38,707 bases of DNA from a virus. Its lineage: Duplodnaviria > Caudoviricetes. Where the stretch lies: positions 1-38,707 of the IMG/VR virus record IMGVR_UViG_3300037484_000646; one strand, written 5' to 3'. Shown piece by piece: positions 17,336-25,180 of the stretch; position 1 is the first letter of the stretch; every line of letters begins with the position of its first letter. Both the position numbers and the translations under genes were made by a program. Under the pieces are notes generated by a model, which had not been told where the DNA came from, did not search any database, and was given only the letters and a program-made list of their open reading frames with translations.

Positions 17336-18228
17336 GCCTGCCCCCGCCCCCGATCCTGGGATGGAGCGGCATCCCGCCGGTATGGCGGCGCTGGTTCCAG
17401 GGCCTGTTCAGTCGGATCGGCGGGTCGACGGGGCGTCTCGTAGTGATCGATGACGACGGATCGGACGCGACCGCGCTGGAGGAGCTCGAGGCGCGCATAA
17501 TGACCGCCATCCCCGAGCGGCCGGATGTGGCGGCGCTGGAGGCGCGCATCGTAGCCCTGGAGGCCGAGGCGGCGACCCGAGCCCCGGCCCGCGAGTCCAC
17601 GGGCATCGATCAGGACTACCTGGTCTCGGCGCGCGAATCCGCAGTCATCAACCAAGACTACACGCCGCAGCGCTCCGAGGCGCACAGTGGGTGGAATGAC
17701 ATCCTGGCCGACATCGGCGCGGGGCGCGGCATCGGGGTGAACGCGCCGACCTGGACAAGCCTGCGGGACGGCCTCTATGGCTACGCGTTCACCGCCGCGC
17801 AGATGAACGAAATCTGGCTCAACCTCCACATCACGCATGATTACATGTGGGGGTCGAAGGTGTGGCCGCACGTTCACTGGACGACCGCGGGGACGGACAC
17901 CGGCGTCGTGCGGTGGGGTATCGAGTACACCTTTGCCAGAGGCTACGGCGTGGAAGCCTTCCCGGCCACGACCACGATCTATGTTGAGCAGGCCGCGAGC
18001 GGCACAGCGTACACGCACATGATCGCCGAGCCGGCCGAGGCGGACGGGGTCCTTTTGCCGAACGCGGAGCCGGACGGCATCATCATGTGCCGCGTCTTCC
18101 GCGACGGTGCGCACGCGAACGATACGTGCACCGACGACGCGTTCGGATTGTTCGCGGACCTGCACTTCCAGTCGGACGGCTACTTCACCAATGAGCGCAA
18201 CCGCGCCTTCACCAAGCGGAGAGTCTGA
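17332..18228 (+). CDS. Tail needle-like protein (coiled coil plus C-terminal beta knob)
   Basis: Follows the gp10-like gene; VWRRWFQGL N-terminus, ALEARI heptads, beta-rich C-terminal domain. Confidence 0.6.
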   Translation: MSLPPPPILGWSGIPPVWRRWFQGLFSRIGGSTGRLVVIDDDGSDATALEELEARIMTAIPERPDVAALEARIVALEAEAATRAPARESTGIDQDYLVSARESAVINQDYTPQRSEAHSGWNDILADIGAGRGIGVNAPTWTSLRDGLYGYAFTAAQMNEIWLNLHITHDYMWGSKVWPHVHWTTAGTDTGVVRWGIEYTFARGYGVEAFPATTTIYVEQAASGTAYTHMIAEPAEADGVLLPNAEPDGIIMCRVFRDGAHANDTCTDDAFGLFADLHFQSDGYFTNERNRAFTKRRV

Positions 18229-18566
18229 TGGCCCAGGTAGCGAAGCGCATCATTGCCGGTTCGCAGCTTACGGGCTCTGCGGCGACCTATTACACGGCGC
18301 CCGTCAACACAAAGTGTGTCGTCAAGCGGCTTACCCTCTGCAACACGTCGAGCACCCCGTGCACCGCGACAATCTACCTCGTCGCGTCGGGCGGTAGCGC
18401 AGCGGACTCGAACACCATCACCAAAACCAAGACGCTGTATCCGGCTGAGACGTGGAGTTGCCCGGACGCTGAGGGGCACGTGCTCGAGGCCGGCGGGACC
18501 CTCCAGGCGTTCGCCAGTGCGGTCACCTCGATAACGATCGTCGGCTCCGGCGTGGAGATCACTTGA
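18228..18566 (+). CDS. Small beta-rich tail-associated virion protein
   Basis: TYYTAP...LTLCNT...TIYLVASGG...VLEAGGTLQA; TGATG coupling. Confidence 0.65.
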   Translation: MAQVAKRIIAGSQLTGSAATYYTAPVNTKCVVKRLTLCNTSSTPCTATIYLVASGGSAADSNTITKTKTLYPAETWSCPDAEGHVLEAGGTLQAFASAVTSITIVGSGVEIT

Positions 18567-19015
18567 TGGACGAGCTCTCCCCGGCGTCCGCGACGCTGCC
18601 TATTCCAGGCGCGTCCCTGCGCGAGAAGATCGACGCGCTTGAAGCGCTCATGCTGCGCGAGCCGCAAGTGGAGATCGAGCCGGTCCACCACTTCGCGCAC
18701 GGCCTGTACGCGCGGGAGATCACGATCAAGGCGGGAACGCTGCTCACCGGGAAGATCCACCGGACCGAGCACCTCAACATCGTGTCGAAGGGCCGAATCA
18801 TCGTGTGGACGGAGGACGGCATGAAGGAGGTCGCCGCGCCGTTCGCGATGGTGTCGCGTCCCGGCACCAAGCGGGTGGGGTTCGCGCTCGAGGACACCGT
18901 GTGGACCACGATCCACGCAACGACCGAGACGGATCTTGCGAAGCTCGAGTTGGAGTTGATCGCGCCGACGCGCGCGGCGCTGGAAGGGAAGGAGACGACG
19001 CCATGTCTTGGGTAG
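18566..19015 (+). CDS. Cupin-fold protein at the P22 gp14 position
   Basis: HHFAHGLYAREITIKAG...GKIHRTEH...GTKRVGFALEDTVWTTIH. Confidence 0.7.
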   Translation: MDELSPASATLPIPGASLREKIDALEALMLREPQVEIEPVHHFAHGLYAREITIKAGTLLTGKIHRTEHLNIVSKGRIIVWTEDGMKEVAAPFAMVSRPGTKRVGFALEDTVWTTIHATTETDLAKLELELIAPTRAALEGKETTPCLG

Positions 19016-19764
19016 CGGCGGCGGTGGTCGGTGGGGCCGTGATCGGGGGCGGCGCGTCCATCATTGCGGGCGAGATGCAGTCCGGCGCCGCCAGCGACGC
19101 CGCGAGGATATCGGCCGATGCGGCGCGGTATCAGACCGACGTCCAGAGGCAAATCTACGATCAGACGCGTGCGGACCAGGAGCCCTGGCGTGAGACAGGC
19201 GTGGGCGCGCTGGGCCAGCTGCGCGAGCTCACCGGCATGGGCGAAACGAACGCCGAGCGAGGGCAAAGGCTGTTTGGCGGCGGCGGGTCGGCGCCTGACG
19301 CAGTAGCTCCAGGCACCGCCGATCTACTGCGCCCCTTCGCGATGTCCGACTTCGAGGCCGACCCCGGATACGCGTTCCGTCAGGCCGAGGGTATGCGGGC
19401 CATCGAGCGCAGCGCGGCGGCGCGCGGCGGCGCGCTTTCTGGCGGCGCGCTCCGGTCGACTCAGCGCTTCGGGCAGGGGCTCGCGTCGCAGGAGTACCAG
19501 AACGCCTTCGAGCGGTACAACACGGGCCAGACGAACACGTTCAACAGGCTCGCTTCACTGGCCGGCGTAGGACAGACGGCAAACACTGCGACCGGCCAGG
19601 CGGGATCGAACTTCGCCAACGCAGCTACCGGCATCAGCCAGGCGGACGCGACGAATCAGGGCAACGCGATCTTGGCCGCAGGGAACGCGAGGGCCTCGGG
19701 CTACGCCGGGGCGGGAAACGCGGTCGGAAACTCCTTGGCGATGTACCCGTTCCTGAGGAGGTGA
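19003..19764 (+). CDS. DNA transfer (ejection) protein, P22 gp7-like
   Basis: MSWVAAAVVGG leader; DPGYAFR...AAARGG.LSG; Ala/Gly/Gln/Asn-rich; GGAG RBS before ATG 19003. Confidence 0.85.
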   Translation: MSWVAAAVVGGAVIGGGASIIAGEMQSGAASDAARISADAARYQTDVQRQIYDQTRADQEPWRETGVGALGQLRELTGMGETNAERGQRLFGGGGSAPDAVAPGTADLLRPFAMSDFEADPGYAFRQAEGMRAIERSAAARGGALSGGALRSTQRFGQGLASQEYQNAFERYNTGQTNTFNRLASLAGVGQTANTATGQAGSNFANAATGISQADATNQGNAILAAGNARASGYAGAGNAVGNSLAMYPFLRR

Positions 19765-19767
19765 CCA

Positions 19768-21255
19768 GTGGCCATCAACTACGGACTCCTCGACACGACG
19801 ACCCCGGCGCAGATCGGGGCGCTGCCTGGCAACACCTTGGCGAAGTTCCTCCAGAACCGGCAACAGGTCGAGGATCGGACGCTGGCGCGCGAGGAGGCGG
19901 GGACACGGAACGCGCTCGCGCGCATGCAACTCACGCGGGGGGAGCGCGAGATGGCCGAGGAGGACGCCTACAAGAACGCGCTCGCAGGCGTCCAGGGCGT
20001 CGACTACGAGGGCGCTATGCCGCGCCTGTTGCAGGCGTCTCCGACGCGCGCCCTGGCGCTCAAGAAGAGCGTGAACGAAGGGCAGCAGTCTGGCCTGGAG
20101 ACCCAGATCAAGCGGTTCGAGCTCATCGACCGCGCGGCAGGCCAGTTCGCGGCGAACCCGACGCGGCAGACCGGCGTATGGGTCCTGTCTCAACTCGCGG
20201 CGAACGGCACTCCACCCGAAGTGATCCAGCAGATGAGCGCCAAGCTCAACGCGGCCCATGATGAGGATCTGCCGCGGATGGCGCAGGCGTTCCTTTCGTC
20301 GACGCAAGAGGGGATGAAGGCGAAGATCGCGCAGATGTACCCGAAGCCGGCGCAGCAGACGTCGTCGACCCTTGGCAGACTTCTGGCCGAGCGCGACTCG
20401 CTGCCCTCTGGCGACCCCCGGCGCGCCCAGTACGATCAGGCGATCGTGATGGAGACGACGCGGAAGGAGCCTGCACCGTACGTGCAGTTCCTCCCCAGCG
20501 CCGAGGGGTACCTCCGCGGCAACACGCGGACGGGCCAGGTGACCCCGGTAACGGTCGGCGGTCCCCCTCGCGCGCCTCCAGCGGCGCCTGCGCCCGGAGC
20601 CTCTCCGGGTCCCGCCGCGCCTCCCGTGGCCCCCGCGACCCCGGCGCGGACGCCGATGCCAGCCGCATCCGATCCTGACCTCCAGGCCCGTCTCGCAGCG
20701 GCGAAGGCGCGAGGCACCGCCGAAGGCGAGGCGACGGCCAAGGCTCAGGGCGACCTGCCGAGGGCCACGGCGCAGGCTGACGAGCTCCTGCAACTCACAG
20801 AAGAACTGCTCGCCCATCCGGGCCTTGGGCAGGCAGTCGGCACGAGTTCGGTGCTCGGGGTGCAGAAGATACCGGGCACGGACGCGCGCGACTTCTCGAT
20901 CCGGCTCGAACAGATCCGCGGGAAACAGTTTCTAGAGGCGTTCCAGGCGCTCAAGGGTAGCGGCGCGATCACCGAGACGGAGGGAAAGAAGGCGACCGAG
21001 GCTATCGCGCGCATGGATACCTCGAGTTCCGAGCCGGAATTCAAGCGGGCGGTGAGCGACTTTCAGGGGGTGGTACGCGCCGGCCTGGGACGCACGAAGG
21101 CGCGCGCCAGCGACGGCAAGCCCTCCGCGCCGGCCGCGCCGCGGGGCGCGGACACCATGCCTCCGCCCGCCGAGCACACGGGGCGCATCATCCGCGACTC
21201 GTCCACCGGCGTGCGCTACCGCTCGGACGGCAGCGCCTGGCTCAGGGTGCAGTGA
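19768..21255 (+). CDS. Ejection protein, gp20-like position
   Basis: Second gene of the ejection cluster; helical; LKGSGAITETEGKKA. Confidence 0.7.
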   Translation: MAINYGLLDTTTPAQIGALPGNTLAKFLQNRQQVEDRTLAREEAGTRNALARMQLTRGEREMAEEDAYKNALAGVQGVDYEGAMPRLLQASPTRALALKKSVNEGQQSGLETQIKRFELIDRAAGQFAANPTRQTGVWVLSQLAANGTPPEVIQQMSAKLNAAHDEDLPRMAQAFLSSTQEGMKAKIAQMYPKPAQQTSSTLGRLLAERDSLPSGDPRRAQYDQAIVMETTRKEPAPYVQFLPSAEGYLRGNTRTGQVTPVTVGGPPRAPPAAPAPGASPGPAAPPVAPATPARTPMPAASDPDLQARLAAAKARGTAEGEATAKAQGDLPRATAQADELLQLTEELLAHPGLGQAVGTSSVLGVQKIPGTDARDFSIRLEQIRGKQFLEAFQALKGSGAITETEGKKATEAIARMDTSSSEPEFKRAVSDFQGVVRAGLGRTKARASDGKPSAPAAPRGADTMPPPAEHTGRIIRDSSTGVRYRSDGSAWLRVQ

Positions 21256-23138
21256 TGGCGCGCTTCGTGTTCGAGGACGAGACGCCCGCCGCGCCGGTCT
21301 CGCGCTTCGTGTTCGAGGATGCAGGCGAGGCGCCGCCAAGGATCGGCGGTGTCGAGTCGGCTCTTCGCAGCGGCTACCAGGGGCTCACTCTCGGCTGGGG
21401 CGAGGAACTCGACGCGGGATTAGCCGCGGCGCTGCCGTTCCTTGATCGCGGCGCCACCGCGCCGGCCAAGCCTGGCGACGCGGACACGTTGGGCGGGCGT
21501 TACCGGCGGGCCCTGGGGCGCTACCGGGGGAGGTACGCGGCGGCGAGAGAGGCGAACCCGACGACATCCCAGGCGGCCGAGCTAATCGGGGCGGCCGTAC
21601 CGGCGTTAGTCACGGCTGGTGGCAGCACGGTGGCGCAGGGAGCGGGGCTCGGCACGCGGATGCTGGCTGGGATGAGGGCCGCTACCCCGCTCGGCTTTGC
21701 CTACGGCGCGGGGACATCGGAGGCGACCGACCTACCTGGATTGATGCGCGACGCCGCAGTGGGCGGACTGGCTGCGGGTGTTCTCGGTGGAGCGGCTCCG
21801 GCCGTCGGGTCGGCCCTCGGCCGCGCCGGGGGTGCGCTGAAACGCCTCTCGTCAACGCCCGCGCCAGCAGCGGCGCAGGGCGGAGCGGCGAGCGCGGGGA
21901 GCGCCTCTACGATCATCGTCCGTCCGCCAAAGAGGACCATCACGGAGCGCGTGATGATGGAGCCCGAGCCGATCCCGGAAGCGCAGCAACTCTTGGGGCG
22001 TGGCGTGCGGCTCACAAAGGGCATGTACGACCCGAAGTCCGGGCGCTCCCTGGTGGAACTCGCATCCACTTCCAGGCCTGGGGCTGGGCCACTCATTATG
22101 AAGCAGCGCGCCCAGGCGCTCGATGACGCGATGGACCTCGCCTTCAAGGAGGCCGTGCCGCCGGGCGCCCAGGTAAAGCTGTCCGGCGACATCAACACGA
22201 AGTATTCCGCGCTCAAGGACGCATGGGACGCATCGTACGACGCCATTCGCAGCACTGGCGAGCTCATCTACCCCGCCATCCACAATGGCAAGGGAGGGGC
22301 GGCGCTGCGCGGCACATCCAAGGCTCCGGGCGTCCTGGATCAGGTCATCGGGGACGCGGGCGAGATCTGGGACCGTGAGAGCAGGGCGATCGCAAAGCGC
22401 TTCGTGGACAACGAGATGTCCCGGCTTCCGACGCCCAAGGGCGCGCTGGGGCGGGTGGATCTCGGGGACATGCTCAAGGTGTTGTCGAAGGTGAAGGAGA
22501 AGGGCCGGGAGGCGCTGCGCGCGCAGAAATACGATCTGCATCAGATCATGGGTCGGGTGCAGGATGCGCTCGAACAGACCGTGGAATCGCAGGCGTCCCC
22601 GGAGACCTCCGCAGCGCTCAAGGCCCTGAACGGCAAGTACCGCGACTTCAAGGTCATCGAGGACATGGTAGTGCGGGCCGGGGACTCTCCGCTGGGCGTC
22701 ACGCCAGCGCGCCTCTCCGCAGCCGTCAAGGCCGGGGAGCCGAGCCGAAGCCGGTACGCGGCCGGCGGCGGCGGGCCGTTGCGCGAGTTGTCGCAGGCCA
22801 TCGGCGCCGTGTTCGATGAGTCGGCGTCCCCGAGGACTGGCGCCCGGCTCCTCGCTGCCGCGCCCAGCTGGGCGCACTCCGGGCTCATCGGACCGACGAT
22901 CTACCTGCGCAACGCAGCGGCGGTGCGCGCCGCCGGCGGAAGCGCGAGCGGTGGCACTTCGATGCTCGGTCGCGTTGGCAACGTGACAGCGAACAAGCTC
23001 AACATGCTCGGCGGGGTCACTGCGGATGCCGGCCCAGCGTCGGCCATCACCCTGAGCCCTCGCGTCTCTGCCCTCCTCAAGGCGTTGCGCGGCCGGCCCG
23101 GGGTCGCTCCCGCGGCTGCCGAGGAGGAGGCTCCTTGA
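21255..23138 (+). CDS. Large ejection protein, gp16-like position (alternative start 21252)
   Basis: QGLTLGWGEEL, Gly/Ala-rich hydrophobic segments, duplicated RFVFED at the N-terminus. Confidence 0.7.
   Translation: MARFVFEDETPAAPVSRFVFEDAGEAPPRIGGVESALRSGYQGLTLGWGEELDAGLAAALPFLDRGATAPAKPGDADTLGGRYRRALGRYRGRYAAAREANPTTSQAAELIGAAVPALVTAGGSTVAQGAGLGTRMLAGMRAATPLGFAYGAGTSEATDLPGLMRDAAVGGLAAGVLGGAAPAVGSALGRAGGALKRLSSTPAPAAAQGGAASAGSASTIIVRPPKRTITERVMMEPEPIPEAQQLLGRGVRLTKGMYDPKSGRSLVELASTSRPGAGPLIMKQRAQALDDAMDLAFKEAVPPGAQVKLSGDINTKYSALKDAWDASYDAIRSTGELIYPAIHNGKGGAALRGTSKAPGVLDQVIGDAGEIWDRESRAIAKRFVDNEMSRLPTPKGALGRVDLGDMLKVLSKVKEKGREALRAQKYDLHQIMGRVQDALEQTVESQASPETSAALKALNGKYRDFKVIEDMVVRAGDSPLGVTPARLSAAVKAGEPSRSRYAAGGGGPLRELSQAIGAVFDESASPRTGARLLAAAPSWAHSGLIGPTIYLRNAAAVRAAGGSASGGTSMLGRVGNVTANKLNMLGGVTADAGPASAITLSPRVSALLKALRGRPGVAPAAAEEEAP
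21259..21319 (+). repeat. 19-bp direct repeat encoding RFVFED twice
   Basis: CGCGCTTCGTGTTCGAGGA at 21259-21277 and 21301-21319. Confidence 0.9.
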
Positions 23139-23245
23139 CCCACGAGCAAGACCAGGCAGTCCAGATCACGAACAGGCGCAGGAGCCATCGACGCATGACC
23201 CGCCAGCATAGCAGGGAGGACTGACCGTGCCGATCGGGAGCGCAC

Positions 23246-23692
23246 ATGCCTGACGCCATGCCCGCGGACCGAGCGGAGTTCCCGCGCTCACCAGTGCCGC
23301 GCTGGAGGTACGAGCAGAGCACGGGGAAGCTCTGGCTCGGCGCGGAGGTCGTGGGCCAGGGCTACTCGGGCAAGGAAGAGGCGAAGAACCAGCCCGACAT
23401 GGAGAGCGTTCGCAACCGTGGCCCGATCCCGCGGGGCTTCTGGCGCATGGGCGCACCGTACTTCTCCACGGCGCGCGGCCCCTTCTGCATCCCGCTCGAG
23501 CCATGCGACGGGACCGAGACGCACGGTCGGTCGGCGTTCCTCATCCACGGCGATTCGATCAAGGAGCCAGGCACCGCCAGCGAGGGCTGCATCATCCTAT
23601 CGAACGTGGTGCGCCGCGGGCTGTGGGTTTCGGGAAACCGGATCATCGAGGTGGTGCCGCACGTAGAGACTCCAGGGAGGGACATCGCGTGA
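23246..23692 (+). CDS. DUF2778/Tlde1-family (L,D-transpeptidase fold) protein, putative endolysin; start uncertain
   Basis: YEQSTG, GYSG, GPIPRG.W, GRSAFLIHGD...ASEGCII; first gene of a membrane-protein cluster. Confidence 0.8.
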   Translation: MPDAMPADRAEFPRSPVPRWRYEQSTGKLWLGAEVVGQGYSGKEEAKNQPDMESVRNRGPIPRGFWRMGAPYFSTARGPFCIPLEPCDGTETHGRSAFLIHGDSIKEPGTASEGCIILSNVVRRGLWVSGNRIIEVVPHVETPGRDIA

Positions 23693-23916
23693 AGACATCG
23701 GAGATCGCGAAGCGCATCAAAAGGGACAACCTCAAGCTGGCGCGGTACTCGCGCGGCTTCCTGCTCTGGGGCGCGACTGCGCTTGGGCAGGTGCTGGCGG
23801 CGGGGATCGACACCGCCTCCACGTGGACGCCCAAGCAGTGGGGTGCGCGCCTGTTCGTGGCGGGGCTCGCTGGCGCAGCTGGTCTCGTGACGGCTGGACA
23901 GCGGAACGCCAAGTGA
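23689..23916 (+). CDS. Putative holin (two hydrophobic segments)
   Basis: GGGAGG RBS, GTGA coupling; GFLLWGATALGQVLAAG and LFVAGLAGAAGLVTAG. Confidence 0.65.
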   Translation: MKTSEIAKRIKRDNLKLARYSRGFLLWGATALGQVLAAGIDTASTWTPKQWGARLFVAGLAGAAGLVTAGQRNAK

Positions 23917-24482
23917 CCCCCTCGTGGCGCATCGTGGCAGGCTCGACAGTGGCGGCCCTCATAGCTGGCGGCCTCGCCGGTCGCTACCTCTCGCCGACCA
24001 AGGTCGAGACCCGCACCCTCGAGACGGTCAAGACGGTCGCGGTCGAGCGCAGGGTCGTCGACCAAGAGGCGGTCACCCGCGCCGTGGCGGAGGCGCGCGC
24101 GAGCTGGCAGCGCGATCGCCAGGACCGCACCGTCACGCGAACCGTCTACGTCGAGGGCAAGGTCTCCGAGCGCATCGTCTACAGGGACGTGGACACGCAC
24201 GCGGCGGGCTCCAGCTCCACGGCCTCCGCTGCCACGACGACGGACACGCGCCACGAGGACGCGACCCGCACCGCCGAGAGCGAGCGCAAGGCGGAGACGG
24301 TCACGGTCCGGGAGACCATCCGTCCCGACTGGCGCCTGGAGGCGCAGCTACGCCCCTCCGGGGCCGTTTTCGCGGGAGCCAGCGTGTCGCGCCGCATTCT
24401 GGGGCCCGCGTGGCTCGGCGCCTGGGGGCGGCCCGAGGGCGACCTCGGCACGTACGGGCTCAGCGTGGGGGTGGAGTTCTGA
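23913..24482 (+). CDS. Putative spanin-like protein: N-terminal hydrophobic helix plus C-terminal beta-strand anchor
   Basis: IVAGSTVAALIAGGLAG; Thr/Val/Arg-rich linker; ends TYGLSVGVEF. Confidence 0.6.
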   Translation: MTPSWRIVAGSTVAALIAGGLAGRYLSPTKVETRTLETVKTVAVERRVVDQEAVTRAVAEARASWQRDRQDRTVTRTVYVEGKVSERIVYRDVDTHAAGSSSTASAATTTDTRHEDATRTAESERKAETVTVRETIRPDWRLEAQLRPSGAVFAGASVSRRILGPAWLGAWGRPEGDLGTYGLSVGVEF

Positions 24483-24826
24483 TGCCGCCCGAGGTGGCAG
24501 AGCACGTGGTCCCTGCGGCCTGGGTGGTAGCGGCGGCCGGCGGCGGGTTCGTCGGCCTCTGCGGCGTGCTCTGGGCATACATCGTCTGGCTACGCGCGCG
24601 CATCGCTGAGGGGGTCGAGGAGGCGATCCACGGGGACCGATTCGAGGCTCGGGTCACCAAGATCGTCGGGGCCGCGTTCGCGGGGTATGCCGATCCTGTG
24701 ACCCGCGCCGTGTCGGACATCGAGCTTCGACAGCGAGACCACGGGAGGAGATTGGGCGCACTGGAGCAGGACATGGCGGGGCTCAAGGGCAGGCTGCACA
24801 CCACCAGGATCTCGGACACCACATGA
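24482..24826 (+). CDS. Membrane protein (TM plus coiled coil), lysis-accessory/holin-like
   Basis: TGATG coupling; GFVGLCGVLWAYIVWL then RLGALEQDMAGLKGRL. Confidence 0.6.
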   Translation: MPPEVAEHVVPAAWVVAAAGGGFVGLCGVLWAYIVWLRARIAEGVEEAIHGDRFEARVTKIVGAAFAGYADPVTRAVSDIELRQRDHGRRLGALEQDMAGLKGRLHTTRISDTT

Positions 24827-25176
24827 TCAGCCTAGCATCCGCAGTGCTGTACGGGCCGTCCACAGGAGCGCCCGCATCCGCCGGCCACGCGATCGCGGCC
24901 TGGCTCCTCGCCCTCGTGGTCCTGCTCGCGCTGATCGGCATCGCCGTAGAGGTGGCCATGTGGCGTAGGTTCAAAGAGATCAAGGCGATGATCGGTATGT
25001 CGCTAGCCGGCCGAGACGCGACCAATAGTGCAATCGACTCCGTCCGCAGGGCCGGCGAGGACACGTCGGGCAGGGTGACGCTTCTGTCCGCGCGCGTGGA
25101 CCGGATCGACTCCGAGGTCCAGCGCCTGACCGGGTTTCATCCGCCCGGGATGATTCCGCCGAAAGTGGAGGGTTGA
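24823..25176 (+). CDS. Membrane protein (TM plus coiled coil), lysis-accessory/holin-like
   Basis: AWLLALVVLLALIGIAVEV then LSARVDRIDSEVQRL; ATGA coupling. Confidence 0.6.
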   Translation: MISLASAVLYGPSTGAPASAGHAIAAWLLALVVLLALIGIAVEVAMWRRFKEIKAMIGMSLAGRDATNSAIDSVRRAGEDTSGRVTLLSARVDRIDSEVQRLTGFHPPGMIPPKVEG

Positions 25177-25180
25177 CCGC

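Noticed and set aside
23913-25176. Embedded Rz1-like lipoprotein
   Set aside because: No ORF with a signal peptide and lipobox Cys was apparent in the alternative frames; a very short one could have been missed.
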